Below, piece after piece: positions 21,219 through 32,526 of a DNA stretch of 64,000 nucleotides (the first letter of the stretch is position 1; the number at the start of each line of letters is the position of its first letter). Under the pieces are notes generated by a model. The model searched no databases. It saw only the letters and a list, made by a program, of their open reading frames with translations, and was not told the origin of the DNA. This DNA comes from Pedobacter sp. (lineage in GTDB: Bacteria; Desulfobacterota; Desulfuromonadia; Desulfuromonadales; Syntrophotaleaceae): the NCBI GenBank assembly GCA_050253415.1, contig JBFWJC010000001.1:1320679-1384678 (forward strand), given 5' to 3'. Made by a program: the position numbers and the translations under genes.

Positions 21219-22034
21219 TCAGAGATTCTGGGCGCGCTTTATGACCTCGGCATATTGCTCGCAATATTCCGGGCGCTCTTCACGGTGCAGAATGCCGGTG
21301 ACAATTTTGCCATCCAGTTCTTCCGAGGACATGGTGGCGGCCTTGGCTACGGGCACGGCCAGTTCCTTGAATCGCTTCATCATGTCGACCACCGAACGGA
21401 ACTTGTTGCGGCGTCCGTAGGTGGTCGGGCAATCGTCAAGGACCTCAATGATCGCCATGCCCTTATGCCGGATGCCTTCGGCGATGAGTTTGTCGATCTG
21501 TGTGGCGTGATACGCGGTGGTGCGGGCGACAAAAGTCGCGCCGGCGCCAATGGCCAGTTTGCTGATATCGAAGGTAGGATCGGGATTGCCGTAAGGCGTG
21601 GTCGAGGCCTTGTCACCGGTAGGGGTGCAGGGGCTGAACTGACCGCCGGTCATACCGTAGATAAAGTTGTTCAGGATGACATAGGTCATGTCGATATTAC
21701 GCCGGCAGGCATGGATAAAGTGGTTACCGCCGATGGCTACACCATCGCCGTCGCCACCAACCACCAACACGTTCATCTCCGGTTGGGCCATCTTAATGCC
21801 GGTGGCAAAGGCCGCTGCGCGACCATGGGCGGTGTGCAGGGTATTGAAATCGACATAGCCGGGCAGGCGGCTGGCACAGCCGATGCCGGAAACGATGGCG
21901 GTGCGGTTTTTTTCGAGTTCGCAGGCATCAATGGCGCGTAGCAGTCCCTTGAGGACAATGCCGTGGCCGCAGCCCGGACACCAGATATGCGGCAGCTTTC
22001 CGGGGCGCAGGTATTTGTCGTAGTCGAATGCCAT
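21219..22034 (-). CDS. korB: 2-oxoacid:ferredoxin oxidoreductase beta subunit
   Basis: WCPGCG, SGIGC and GDGD...NNFIYGMTGGQ (TPP-binding) motifs. Confidence 0.92.
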   Translation of the reverse strand: MAFDYDKYLRPGKLPHIWCPGCGHGIVLKGLLRAIDACELEKNRTAIVSGIGCASRLPGYVDFNTLHTAHGRAAAFATGIKMAQPEMNVLVVGGDGDGVAIGGNHFIHACRRNIDMTYVILNNFIYGMTGGQFSPCTPTGDKASTTPYGNPDPTFDISKLAIGAGATFVARTTAYHATQIDKLIAEGIRHKGMAIIEVLDDCPTTYGRRNKFRSVVDMMKRFKELAVPVAKAATMSSEELDGKIVTGILHREERPEYCEQYAEVIKRAQNL

Positions 22035-22036
22035 GG

Positions 22037-23170
22037 CTAGTAGACCTCCTTGACTTTATCCATGATCTGGAAGGGGGAGATCGGCTCCCCGTCGACCCGG
22101 CCGATGCCGTGTAGATCACAAGCGCCTTTGGTGACGCGTTCCACCTCGAGGATCATCTGCCCGAGATTCATTTCAGGTACAATGATGGCTTTGACCTGCC
22201 CGGCCAGTTCGGCGATACGCCTTTCGGGGAACGGCCACAGGGTAATAGGGCGGAAAAGTCCGACCTTTTGGCCCTGTTTGCGCAATTCATTCACGGCGTG
22301 GCGGGCCGAGCGGCTGATGGTACCGATGGCCACGATCAGAATCTCGGCATCGTCAACCATGTATTCTTCGTTTTTTTCGATTTTGTCACGGTTGGCTTCG
22401 ACTTTGCGAATCTGACGGCGTTCCTCGGCATCGACCAGGCGGGCCTTGGTGGTGGGGAAGCCGTCCGCGGCCTTGTTCAGACCGGTGACATGGAATCGGT
22501 ATTCCGAACCAAAAGCTGCCAGAGGTGGCACGTCTCCGAAACTCGGGTCAAAGGGCAGGTACTGCTCGGGAGAGACGGGTGGTGCCTGTCGGTTGAGGAT
22601 TTCCAACTCGCCCGGTTCCGGCAATTCGATACGTTCGCGCATATGGCCGTTGATTTCATCCAGTAGTACCTGGACCGGCATGCGGTAGGTTTCGGCCAGA
22701 TTGAAAGCCCGCACCGTTTCGGAAAAGATCTCCTGACACGATGCCGGCGCCACGGCGATGGCAGCATGGTCGCCATGGGTGCCCCAACGGGCCTGCATGA
22801 TATCGGATTGGCTGGGGCCGGTCGGCATGCCGGTTGACGGGCCGCCGCGCATAACGTTGACGATGACGCAGGGGATTTCGGCAATGCACGCGTAGCCGAT
22901 GAGTTCCTGTTTGAGTGAAATGCCGGGGCCAGAGCTGGCCGTCAGGGCCTTGGCGCCGGTAAGGGCCGCACCAAGCACCGACGCCATAGCGGCGATTTCA
23001 TCTTCCATCTGTATGAATTTACCACCGGTCTTGGGCAGTTCCTTGGCCAGAACTTCGGCCACTTCTGTCGATGGGGTTATGGGATAACCGCCGAAGAAAC
23101 TGCACCCTGCGTACAGGGCACCGTAAGCGCAGGCTTCGTTCCCCTGCAATAAAGCAACTTTTTTAGCCAC
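22037..23170 (-). CDS. korA: 2-oxoacid:ferredoxin oxidoreductase alpha subunit
   Basis: YPITPSTE, QMEDE and RGGPSTGMPT motifs. Confidence 0.92.
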   Translation of the reverse strand: MAKKVALLQGNEACAYGALYAGCSFFGGYPITPSTEVAEVLAKELPKTGGKFIQMEDEIAAMASVLGAALTGAKALTASSGPGISLKQELIGYACIAEIPCVIVNVMRGGPSTGMPTGPSQSDIMQARWGTHGDHAAIAVAPASCQEIFSETVRAFNLAETYRMPVQVLLDEINGHMRERIELPEPGELEILNRQAPPVSPEQYLPFDPSFGDVPPLAAFGSEYRFHVTGLNKAADGFPTTKARLVDAEERRQIRKVEANRDKIEKNEEYMVDDAEILIVAIGTISRSARHAVNELRKQGQKVGLFRPITLWPFPERRIAELAGQVKAIIVPEMNLGQMILEVERVTKGACDLHGIGRVDGEPISPFQIMDKVKEVY

Positions 23171-23197
23171 TTTGATAGACCTCCTGAAGAAAAGGAT

Positions 23198-23389
23198 TCA
23201 ATCCTTGTGGACTTTGATAGCAAAGTCGGGGCAGCGCAATTCGCATTGCATGCAACCGATACAAGCATCCGGCCGGATAACCTTCGCCAGAAAGCCATCC
23301 ATTTCCAATACATTGGTAGGACAAAATTCCACACAAATACTGCATCCCTTGCAGTATTGTTCGATGATTTCTAATCGTGGGGTGTTCAT
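23198..23389 (-). CDS. korD: 2x[4Fe-4S] ferredoxin (delta subunit)
   Basis: Two CxxCxxCxxxCP motifs. Confidence 0.9.
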   Translation of the reverse strand: MNTPRLEIIEQYCKGCSICVEFCPTNVLEMDGFLAKVIRPDACIGCMQCELRCPDFAIKVHKD

Positions 23390-23672
23390 TCCCGAAATCT
23401 CCTTATAGGACTTTTTCGGTGCGGCGACGCATTGTCACACCGATCATTAACAAAACCACCGGTGATTCTAACATGTTTGCACCGATGAAATGCAAATATT
23501 TTTCCTTTTTTGGTAAGACCTGAAACCTGTCATTGCCCGATATAGTGCCTTCAACAACGATGAACGGAAGGTGACGGCCCGGTCTTGCTGTAAGGGGACA
23601 AGGAGACGATTTCCCCGGGTTCTTTGTCCAACCGGCTGACGTTGCCGGCAGAATGCAAAATTTATCGCTGGA

Positions 23673-24890
23673 CTATGCTGCCGCGGATTGAGGCCTTTTT
23701 TTCGGCATGATGGTCAGGTTGATCGCGATACCGATTACGGCCAGCAGGGCTGTGGCAAAAAAAGCGTACTGGTAACTGCCGAAGTGATCCTTGACCAGTC
23801 CAGAGGTAAGACCCCCGGCAATGGCCCCTGCACCATAAGCCGTGAATACAAAACCGTAGTTTCGACAGTAGTTCAAAACGCCGAACAGGTTGGAGGTCGA
23901 TACCGGCGCAATGGCCAGCCAGCCGCCAAGGGTGAGCCAAAGCAGGGAAAAGGCGGCAAAATAAATTGTGATATCACCGGCTTTTGCGCCCAACAGAGCC
24001 GCGGAGGCAATCAAAATCAGGATAAAAGACAGGGATATTGTGGGCCTCGATCCGAATTTGTCGGTCATGGAACCAAACAATGGGCGACCCAGGGCGTTGA
24101 AAAGGGCAAAGATCGAAACTGCGAAGGCTGCCCTTTCCGGTTGAAGGCGGATAATCTCCTGTGCCACCGGACTTGTTACGGAAATAGCCATCAACCCTGA
24201 AAAAGTCCCAATGGCATAACAGAACCAGAGGCCGTAAAATTCCCGGGCTTTGAGCATGGGATTAAAGCCCGGGGAATCCTGAGCCGTTGACCTTCCGGTC
24301 GAAACCTGATTTTTAGATGGTACCTCGGGGAATTTCAAAAAAGATGCAAGCAGACTAATGCATAAAAAGAACAGGACTCCGAAAATTCTGAAGGTAGCAA
24401 GTACTCCGTAGAGATCTATGAGATAAAGTGCCACGGGAGCCGTAATAAACGGTGAAACCCCGAACCCTGCCAGGGTGACTCCGACGGCCAATCCTTTTTT
24501 TTGCGGGAACCAACGGGCGGCCACCGCCAGAGGGACCCCGTAGATCAACCCGACACCGATACCGCCCAGCACACCGTAGGTTATCGACAGGGTGGTGATG
24601 GTCGTAGCGGATCCGGAAGCAAACCAGCCAGTAGCAAGGATCAATCCTCCCAGCATGGTCGTGCGCCTGGGTCCCGACTTTTCAATCAAGCTCCCGGCAA
24701 AAGGCATGGTCAGCGCATAGAAACACAGAAACAACATATAGGGCCAGCCGCTCTCGGTGGCCCCTATGCCGAATGCTTCTTCAAGGGGTTTTCTGAAAAC
24801 ACTCCACGCATAGATTGTTCCCATGCAGACAAAAATCGCCATTCCGGCGAGGATGTATCCAAAAGGGGCCAGTTTCTTTTCTATGGGCAT
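23673..24890 (-). CDS. MFS transporter, oxalate/formate antiporter-like
   Basis: About 12 TM segments; YAWSVF, RWFPQKKGLAVG and NYGFVFTAYG motifs. Confidence 0.85.
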   Translation of the reverse strand: MPIEKKLAPFGYILAGMAIFVCMGTIYAWSVFRKPLEEAFGIGATESGWPYMLFLCFYALTMPFAGSLIEKSGPRRTTMLGGLILATGWFASGSATTITTLSITYGVLGGIGVGLIYGVPLAVAARWFPQKKGLAVGVTLAGFGVSPFITAPVALYLIDLYGVLATFRIFGVLFFLCISLLASFLKFPEVPSKNQVSTGRSTAQDSPGFNPMLKAREFYGLWFCYAIGTFSGLMAISVTSPVAQEIIRLQPERAAFAVSIFALFNALGRPLFGSMTDKFGSRPTISLSFILILIASAALLGAKAGDITIYFAAFSLLWLTLGGWLAIAPVSTSNLFGVLNYCRNYGFVFTAYGAGAIAGGLTSGLVKDHFGSYQYAFFATALLAVIGIAINLTIMPKKRPQSAAA

Positions 24891-24920
24891 CGTGTTTCCT
24901 TCCATGTTCAGTAGACGTGT

Positions 24921-25415
24921 TCAACGTTGCTGCAGTTTCTGATCTTTCTCTTCCACTTCCCGAGCCATGTTTTCCCGGAACTCCACGAGTTTTCGTGTCA
25001 GCTCGATATCGTTCAAGGCCAGAATCTGTGCCGCCAGAAGGGCCGCATTTTTAGCGCCGGTTTTGCCTATGGCGGTAGTGGCGACCGGAATGCCGCCAGG
25101 CATCTGGACGATGGAGTAAAGTGCGTCCACGCCATTTAGCGGACCACCGCCCATCGGCACACCGATGACCGGGAGAATGGTGCCTGCCGCGACGACGCCC
25201 GGCAGATGAGCCGCCAGTCCGGCCGCCGCAATGACGACCTGGATGCCGCGCGCGGCAGCACCTTCTACCAGATCGCTGGTTTTGCGAGGGGAACGATGCG
25301 CCGAGGCTATGCGCATTTCATAAGGAATGTCGAATTGTTCGAGAATCTTGGCGGTCTCTTCGAGTACCGGGCAGTCTGAATCGCTGCCCATAACAATAAG
25401 TACTTTGGGGGTCAT
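24921..25415 (-). CDS. purE: N5-CAIR mutase
   Basis: MGSDSD, SAHRSP, AAHLPG and VQMPGGIPVAT motifs. Confidence 0.96.
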   Translation of the reverse strand: MTPKVLIVMGSDSDCPVLEETAKILEQFDIPYEMRIASAHRSPRKTSDLVEGAAARGIQVVIAAAGLAAHLPGVVAAGTILPVIGVPMGGGPLNGVDALYSIVQMPGGIPVATTAIGKTGAKNAALLAAQILALNDIELTRKLVEFRENMAREVEEKDQKLQQR

Positions 25416-25526
25416 GAAATCTCCTGAAAGACAATCGGTCGCAAATAAACAAGGTCTCCGTCTGCCGGCCATGCCGCACCGAAGGGTTGCAGTGCGGCAT
25501 GGCCGATTTGAAAAGGACGTCCTAGC

Positions 25527-28500
25527 TTAATCGGCCAGCTTTTCATACAGGGCGCGTCGGCGCACAGTCCATGCGTTCGCACCCTCAATGAGTTGTCTGG
25601 CCGCCGCTGGGTTGACTTTTTGCAGAGCCCGGAAGCGGTTTTGGGTGGCGGCAAAGTCCTCGAAGGAAATGCTCGGTGCTTTGCTATCGAGCTGCAGCGG
25701 ATTCTTACCCTCGGTCGCGCGGTCAGGGTTGTAGCGGTAAAGAGGCCAATGTCCGCAGTCAACGGCTTTTTTCTGGCTTTGGATGCCCTTGGTCATGTCG
25801 ATGCCGTGTGCGATGCAGTGGGAATAGGCAATGATCAGTGACGGCCCGTTAAACGCTTCCGCTTCCATAAATGCCTTGATCGCCTGGGCAGGGTTTGCCA
25901 GGGAAACGGTTGCTACATAGGCGGTGCCGTACGACATGGCCATCAGACCCAGGTCTTTTTTGGGCATATTTTTACCGCCAGCAGCAAACTGTGCCACCGC
26001 GCCCATCGGGGTCGATTTGGAGGCTTGGCCGCCGGTGTTGGAATAAACTTCCGTGTCGAGGACCAGTAGATTGACGTTTTTATCCGTGGCGATGACATGG
26101 TCGAGACCACCGTAGCCGATATCGTAAGCCCATCCGTCGCCGCCGATGCACCAGACCGATTTTTTCACAAGGTAATCGGCAAGAGTGGCGAGGCGTTTGG
26201 AAACAGGATCATCGCACTTGGCAAGCAGGTTCTTAAGTTGCGCTATACGGCCACGTTGCTCTTCGATGCCTGCCTGGGATGACTGGTCGGCGTGCAGGAT
26301 GGCCTGCAAAAGATCTTTGTCGGCCGGGCACCCGGAACAGTTGCAGTCCATGAGCTGGACCAGCATCTCGCTGGCTGCTTCGGTAAACTTGTCCACGGCC
26401 AGGCGCATCCCGAAGCCGAATTCCGCCGTATCCTCGAACAAGGAGTTGGACCAGGCCGGGCCTCGTCCGTCATCGCGGGTCGCCCAGGGAGTGGTCGGCA
26501 GGTTGCCACCGTAAATCGAGGTGCAGCCGGTGGCGTTGGCGATCAGGGCACGGTCGCCGAACAACTGTGACATGAGCTTAAGATACGGGGTTTCCCCGCA
26601 TCCCGAACAGGCGCCGGAAAATTCGAACAGCGGTTTGAGTAACTGGCTGCCTTTGAGCGTGTCGCGTTTGACCTTACCCGGGTCGGTTTCGGGCAGGGCC
26701 AGAAAGAAGTCCCAATTGGTGGCTTCCTGATCACGCAGGGGAATCTTGAACTGCATTTTTAGAGCCTTGCGGGAAGGATCCTGGCGGTCTTTTGCGGGGC
26801 AGACCTCGACGCAGATACCGCAGCCGACGCAATCTTCGGGGGCTACCTGCAGGGTGAAGTTTTTCCCGTCAAATTCTCCCCCGCGTGCTTCTGCACAGCG
26901 GAAGGTCGGCGGTGCCTGCGCCAGATAGGCGGGATCGTAGATTTTCATGCGGAGGGTTGCGTGAGGGCAAACGAAAGAGCACAGTCCGCACTGAACGCAG
27001 AGGTGTTCGTCCCATACAGGGATCTCCAGTGCGATGTTGCGTTTTTCGTAACGGGAGGTGGCGGTGGGGAATGTACCGTCCACGGGCATGCTTGATACCG
27101 GCAGGCTGTCGCCCTGCCCGGCAATAATGGTGGCAACCACGTTTTGTACGAAAGCCGGGGCGCCGGGCGTTACCAGGGGCGGCTTGCTCAAGCTACTGTC
27201 TGCTTGAGCCGGGAGTGTGATTTCGGCGATATGGTCGAGGGATGCATCGGCAGCCCGGCAGTTCATGTCGACGACTTTTTCACCGGCTTTGCCGTAGGTT
27301 TTCCGGATGGCATCCTTGATGGCCGCGAGGGCGCTATCCATGGGAAGGATGCCTGTGATTTTGAAAAAGGCGGTCTGCATGATGACATTGATGCGGCCAC
27401 CCAGACCGATCTTCTCGGCGATGTCAACGGCGTTGATGACGAACAGGCGCAGCTTTTTGTCGATGATCTGCTGCTGCACCTCGCGGGGCATCTGGTCCCA
27501 GACCGTATCCTTGTCAAACGGAGAGTTCAGGAGGAAAGTTGCTCCCGGTTTCGCTCTGGACAGCATGTCGCACTTTTCCAAAAAGGTGAAATTATGGCAG
27601 GCAATGAAATCGGCATTGTTGATAAGATACGGCGACCGCAGCGGGCTTTTGCCGAATCGAAGGTGCGAGGTGGTTACCGTACCGGCCTTTTTGGAATCGT
27701 ACACAAAGTAAGCCTGGACGTTGTTGTCCGTAAGATCCCCTATAATCTTGATAGAGTTTTTGTTGGCTCCTACCGTGCCATCGGATGCAAGGCCATAGAA
27801 CATGGCCGAATAGATGCCGGATTCATCGTTGCTGTAGGCACTGTCGACGGGAAGACTGGTACCGCAAACGTCGTCTTCTATGCCGACGACAAAATGGTTT
27901 TTAGGTGTGTCCTGATCCAGATTGTCGAACACGGCCTTGACCATGGCGGGGGTGAATTCCTTGGAGCCGAGAGCATAGCGGCCCCCGACGATGATGGGCA
28001 GAGTGGCCCCGTGCATCGCCTCGCTAATGGCACCGCGAACGTCGAGGTACAGCGGTTCGCCGAGGGACCCGGGTTCTTTGGTACGGTCCAGTACCGCAAT
28101 TTTTCGCGCCGTGGCGGGCAGGGCTGCCAACAGGGCTTCGGCGGGGAAGGGGCGATACAGGCGAACCTTGAGCAAGCCGACTTTTTCACCCCGCGCGTTC
28201 ATGGCATCCACGGTTTCATGAACGGTGTCGCTGCCGGAGCCCATCAGGATAATGATTTTTTCGGCATCGGGAGAGCCAACATAGTCGACCAAACCGTATT
28301 GGCGGCCGGTAAGTTCGGCGAATTTATGCATCTCCTGCTGTACGATGTCCGGGGTGGCGAGGTAGAATCGATGCACCGTCTCCCTCCCCTGAAAATAGAC
28401 ATCAGGGTTCTGCGAGGTGCCACGCAGCACCGGATGATCCGGGGACAGGGAGCGGGCCCGGTGGTCGGCAATCAATTCCTCGTCGAGCATGGCGTGCATG

Positions 28501-29069
28501 TCATTGAAGCTGAGTTGCTCGATTTTCTGGATTTCGTGGGAGGTTCTGAACCCGTCAAAAAAGTGTAAAAACGGTACCCGTGAACGCAGGGTGGCCGCCT
28601 GGGCAATGAGGGCAAAATCCATGGCCTCCTGAACGTTGTTGGAAGCGAGCATGGCAAAGCCTGTGGAACGGCATGCCATGACGTCGGAGTGATCGCCGAA
28701 GATGGAAAGTGCCTGGGCGGCAATGGCCCGCGCCGAGACATGAAAAACCGTCGGAGTCAGTTCCCCTGCGATTTTGAACATGTTGGGGATCATCAGCAGT
28801 AGACCCTGACTGGCGGTAAAGGTCGTGGTCAGTGCTCCGGCCTGCAATGCGCCATGTACTGCACCTGCGGCACCAGCCTCCGATTGCATCTCCGTTACCA
28901 GCGGCACAGTGCCCCAGATGTTTTTTTCGCCCCTGGCACTTTTAATGTCAGAAAGTTCCCCCATGTTGGACGACGGAGTGATGGGGTAGATGGCGATGAC
29001 CTCGTTGGTGGCGTGTGCCACGTGTGCCGCGGCTGTATTGCCGTCGATGGTAACCATTTTTCGCGTCAT
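25527..29069 (-). CDS. nifJ: pyruvate:ferredoxin (flavodoxin) oxidoreductase, single chain
   Basis: YPITPSS, two ferredoxin motifs, GACSGCGE and GGDGWAYDIG. Confidence 0.96.
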   Translation of the reverse strand: MTRKMVTIDGNTAAAHVAHATNEVIAIYPITPSSNMGELSDIKSARGEKNIWGTVPLVTEMQSEAGAAGAVHGALQAGALTTTFTASQGLLLMIPNMFKIAGELTPTVFHVSARAIAAQALSIFGDHSDVMACRSTGFAMLASNNVQEAMDFALIAQAATLRSRVPFLHFFDGFRTSHEIQKIEQLSFNDMHAMLDEELIADHRARSLSPDHPVLRGTSQNPDVYFQGRETVHRFYLATPDIVQQEMHKFAELTGRQYGLVDYVGSPDAEKIIILMGSGSDTVHETVDAMNARGEKVGLLKVRLYRPFPAEALLAALPATARKIAVLDRTKEPGSLGEPLYLDVRGAISEAMHGATLPIIVGGRYALGSKEFTPAMVKAVFDNLDQDTPKNHFVVGIEDDVCGTSLPVDSAYSNDESGIYSAMFYGLASDGTVGANKNSIKIIGDLTDNNVQAYFVYDSKKAGTVTTSHLRFGKSPLRSPYLINNADFIACHNFTFLEKCDMLSRAKPGATFLLNSPFDKDTVWDQMPREVQQQIIDKKLRLFVINAVDIAEKIGLGGRINVIMQTAFFKITGILPMDSALAAIKDAIRKTYGKAGEKVVDMNCRAADASLDHIAEITLPAQADSSLSKPPLVTPGAPAFVQNVVATIIAGQGDSLPVSSMPVDGTFPTATSRYEKRNIALEIPVWDEHLCVQCGLCSFVCPHATLRMKIYDPAYLAQAPPTFRCAEARGGEFDGKNFTLQVAPEDCVGCGICVEVCPAKDRQDPSRKALKMQFKIPLRDQEATNWDFFLALPETDPGKVKRDTLKGSQLLKPLFEFSGACSGCGETPYLKLMSQLFGDRALIANATGCTSIYGGNLPTTPWATRDDGRGPAWSNSLFEDTAEFGFGMRLAVDKFTEAASEMLVQLMDCNCSGCPADKDLLQAILHADQSSQAGIEEQRGRIAQLKNLLAKCDDPVSKRLATLADYLVKKSVWCIGGDGWAYDIGYGGLDHVIATDKNVNLLVLDTEVYSNTGGQASKSTPMGAVAQFAAGGKNMPKKDLGLMAMSYGTAYVATVSLANPAQAIKAFMEAEAFNGPSLIIAYSHCIAHGIDMTKGIQSQKKAVDCGHWPLYRYNPDRATEGKNPLQLDSKAPSISFEDFAATQNRFRALQKVNPAAARQLIEGANAWTVRRRALYEKLAD

Positions 29070-29571
29070 GCGTAATGTCTCCTTGGTTAATAAGCCCCCA
29101 TGGTGCGGGGAGCCGTTTTTTGCTTCGGTCGAGCTTTGGCCATTCAGGGAACCTTCAAAATTACCCTTATGAAAGTCTTGACAAGTGTGTTGTTTAAATA
29201 GTAACTATTATTTCACGTAAAAAACTTCGTATGTTTGAGCAAAGTACAGAATAAACCTATGTCGAGTCAAGACCTTTTTGCAGGTTTTCATGTTTGAAAA
29301 ACTGCAGCCTGTGAGGGGCTTGCCAGCAACGACCAAGGTTGCAGGTTGAGGAGCGGTTGCGCTAAAGAGTGGTCGTATTTTGCAGGAGCGTTTTCTTTGC
29401 GGAAAGGGCATAGCGGATTGTGGTATGATGCGGGCCAAATTGGGCGGAGATGCGCACTTGGAAGTTTGTGTCGTTGTATCGTCTGATTCCACCCAAACGA
29501 TGTGCACAGAGGCTTTTTTGCAGTCGCAGAAAACTATGAGGAGCGGAGGATATTTTGAGTGGAGGTATGTT

Positions 29572-29931
29572 TTGAAAACTTCAGATTCTGGGCCAAGTGA
29601 ACAGGATTTCGAATATGGCCACAGGCAGTGGACATTTCTGAATAACCATGCCCATGTCCTTATATGCCTGGCCCGCAACCCTGATATGGTATTGCGGGAA
29701 GTCGCTCGAAAGGTGGGTATTACCGAGCGGGCCACGCAAAAAATAATAAAGGACCTGGTGGAATGCCAGGTCCTTGAGCGTTATCGCGTTGGGCGTTGCA
29801 ACAGCTATCGTATCAATCTGGATCTGCCGTTGCGGCATCCTCTGGAAAAACAGCATACCGTCGGTGAATTGCTGGCCATGCTTCTGACGGAAAATGAAAT
29901 GGCCCGTGCCAGGGAACTGATGGCACGTTGA
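29572..29931 (+). CDS. winged-helix transcriptional regulator
   Basis: WTFLNNHAHVL...REVARKVGITER HTH; GGAGG RBS before a TTG start; divergent from PFOR. Confidence 0.8.
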   Translation: MKTSDSGPSEQDFEYGHRQWTFLNNHAHVLICLARNPDMVLREVARKVGITERATQKIIKDLVECQVLERYRVGRCNSYRINLDLPLRHPLEKQHTVGELLAMLLTENEMARARELMAR

Positions 29932-29976
29932 GTACCAGCAACCGCCCTGGTTACTATGACTCGAGGCCATGCATTG

Positions 29977-30930
29977 TCATGGCAGGCTGTCGACCAGCTT
30001 TTTGACTTCATTCACAGAGTGGTTGAGCAACTCCTGCTCTTCGGCAGTCAGGGCGAATTCAACGATTTTTTCAATCCCCCCCGCGCCAAGAATGCAGGGC
30101 ACGCCGACATAATAGCCGCTGATTCCGAACTGACCGCTTAACATGGCGCAGACCGGTAACAGTCGCTTCTGGTCATGGATAACCGCTTCAACCATGGCAA
30201 TGGCACTGGTGGCGGGGGATATAAAGGCGCTGCCGGTTTTGAGCAACTCCACCACTTCGCCCCCGGCGTCCTGCGTGCGTTCTACCAGGTCGGCCATAAC
30301 CTGGCGGGCTTTTTCCGCATCGCCATATTTATGTTCAAGCAGTTCCAGGGCAGGGATGCCGTTAACGTTGGCAAAACGTACGATAGGTACCATGGTATCA
30401 CCGTGCCCACCGAGTACCGGGGCATTCACGTCCCGTACGGACACTCCCAATTCCCAAGCAATAAAGGCCGCAAACCTCGCAGAGTCAAGCACGCCCGCCA
30501 TGCCGATTACCCGCGGGGTGGGAAACCCGGTCAATCTCTGACATAAGGTCACCATGGCATCCAGAGGATTGGAGAGAACGATAACGATCGATTCCGGTGC
30601 ATGGGTTTTGATCCCCTCGGCAACCGTGGTCATGATGCGGGCATTGATTTCAATAAGATCTTCTCGGGTCATACCGGGTTTGCGGGGCACCCCGGCGGTG
30701 ATAACCACGATATCGGCACCAGCGATACAGCTGATGTCGTTCGAGCCGGTAAGTTGCACATCAAACCCTGAAATGGACGCCGCCTGAGCGATATCCAGGC
30801 ATTTTCCTTGAGCCAACCCTTCTTTTATGTCGAACATGACCACATCGCCGAGTTCGCGCATGGCTGCAAGGTGGGCAATGGAGTTGCCGATCTGACCGCC
30901 TCCGATAAGAGCAATTTTAGGTTTGAGCAT
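29977..30930 (-). CDS. mdh: malate dehydrogenase (LDH-like)
   Basis: [22 protein letters not shown] and GGHGD motifs. Confidence 0.94.
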   Translation of the reverse strand: MLKPKIALIGGGQIGNSIAHLAAMRELGDVVMFDIKEGLAQGKCLDIAQAASISGFDVQLTGSNDISCIAGADIVVITAGVPRKPGMTREDLIEINARIMTTVAEGIKTHAPESIVIVLSNPLDAMVTLCQRLTGFPTPRVIGMAGVLDSARFAAFIAWELGVSVRDVNAPVLGGHGDTMVPIVRFANVNGIPALELLEHKYGDAEKARQVMADLVERTQDAGGEVVELLKTGSAFISPATSAIAMVEAVIHDQKRLLPVCAMLSGQFGISGYYVGVPCILGAGGIEKIVEFALTAEEQELLNHSVNEVKKLVDSLP

Positions 30931-30996
30931 ACTGCTTCCCTCCAGAAAAAGCCGGCGCGCCCGGAAGGATCGCGCGCCGGACCATGAAAAATTTAA

Positions 30997-32397
30997 TCAG
31001 GCTGTCATGTTGTTGATCAGGGCGCTACCGAATTCGGAACATTTAAGCAGGGTGGCACCCTCCATAAGACGCTCGAAATCATAGGTCACTTGCTTTTGGC
31101 CGATGGTTTTTTCCATGGCCTGGACAATCAGATTGGCGGCTTCTTTCCAACCCAGGTGTTCCAGCATCAAGACGCCGGACAGGATAACCGAGCCGGGGTT
31201 GACCTTGTCCAGGTTGGCGTACTTGGGTGCCGTACCGTGGGTCGCTTCGAAAATAGCGTGGCCGGTCTGGTAATTTATGTTGGCACCAGGGGCAATGCCG
31301 ATACCGCCTACTTGTGCCGCCAAGGCATCGGAGAGGTAATCTCCGTTCAGGTTCATGGTGGCAATGACATCAAATTCGCTGGCGCGGGTCAAAACCTGTT
31401 GCAAAGCAATGTCTGCAATAGCGTCTTTGACCATGACTTTGTTGCGCCACTGGCCTTGTCCGTGGCTCGGCAGCAAGGCATCGAGCGTGGCGGCGACCTC
31501 CTGACGAATTCCCAATTGCTGTTCCGGGGTCATCATGTCGTAGCCGGGGTCGATCATGCGGGCGATTTCTTCGTTGCCAAGTTGCGGATTGTCGTCTTTA
31601 TTGGCGAGAATCCAGCTCTCGCGGGCGGTGACAACGTCAGCCCGGAATTCCCTGGCGGCAAGCTCATAGCCCCATTGCTTAAAAGCCCCTTCAGTAAATT
31701 TCATGATGTTGCCTTTGTGCACCAGGGTTACCGAACGACGCTTGTGGTCGATGGCATACTGAATGGCGGCGCGAATCAGACGCTCGGTGCGAGGCCGGGA
31801 AATCGGCTTGATGCCGATACCGGTGGCTTCAGGAAAGGGTATTTTGTCGACGCCCATCTTCTGCTGCAAAAATTCGATAACCTGTTTGGCTTCGGCGCTG
31901 CCGGCTTTCCATTCGATTCCGGCATAGATGTCCTCGGTATTTTCGCGGAAAATAACGATATCGACATCCTCGGGTTTCTTGACCGGGGAGGGTACCCCCT
32001 CGAAAAAGCGTACCGGACGCAGGCAGACGAACAGGTCCAGTTCCTGGCGCAGGGCCACGTTCAGCGAACTGATGCCACCACCAACCGGCGTGGTCAGGGG
32101 ACCTTTGATGCCCACCAGAAACTCGTTGAAGGCTTGCAAGGTTTCACCTGGCAACCAGCCGAGTTGCATATTGAAAGCTTTTTCTCCCGCGTAGACTTCC
32201 ATCCAGCTGATGCGGCGTTTTCCGCCGTAGGCTTTCTCCACGGCCGCGTCGAATACCCGTACAGCCGAGCGCCAGATGTCCGGGCCGGTGCCATCACCTT
32301 CGATGTAAGGGATGACGGGGTTGTCTGGCACCTGCAGTTGTCCGTTTTTGAGGGTGATTTTATCGCCTTGAGGAACCGTGAGATGTTGATACGTCAT
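30997..32397 (-). CDS. icd: NADP-dependent isocitrate dehydrogenase (dimeric type)
   Basis: [25 protein letters not shown] and EATHGTAPK motifs. Confidence 0.95.
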   Translation of the reverse strand: MTYQHLTVPQGDKITLKNGQLQVPDNPVIPYIEGDGTGPDIWRSAVRVFDAAVEKAYGGKRRISWMEVYAGEKAFNMQLGWLPGETLQAFNEFLVGIKGPLTTPVGGGISSLNVALRQELDLFVCLRPVRFFEGVPSPVKKPEDVDIVIFRENTEDIYAGIEWKAGSAEAKQVIEFLQQKMGVDKIPFPEATGIGIKPISRPRTERLIRAAIQYAIDHKRRSVTLVHKGNIMKFTEGAFKQWGYELAAREFRADVVTARESWILANKDDNPQLGNEEIARMIDPGYDMMTPEQQLGIRQEVAATLDALLPSHGQGQWRNKVMVKDAIADIALQQVLTRASEFDVIATMNLNGDYLSDALAAQVGGIGIAPGANINYQTGHAIFEATHGTAPKYANLDKVNPGSVILSGVLMLEHLGWKEAANLIVQAMEKTIGQKQVTYDFERLMEGATLLKCSEFGSALINNMTA

Positions 32398-32526
32398 GGT
32401 TTAATCCTTTTATGGAAGCTGCGCCCCTCGGGACGGTGGATGAAGTATACGGTTTGCCTAGTCTACAGAAGGCAAGAATTCTGTCAATAGCTGTTAAAAA
32501 GGAAGTCCTTGCGAATGCTGTACTGA

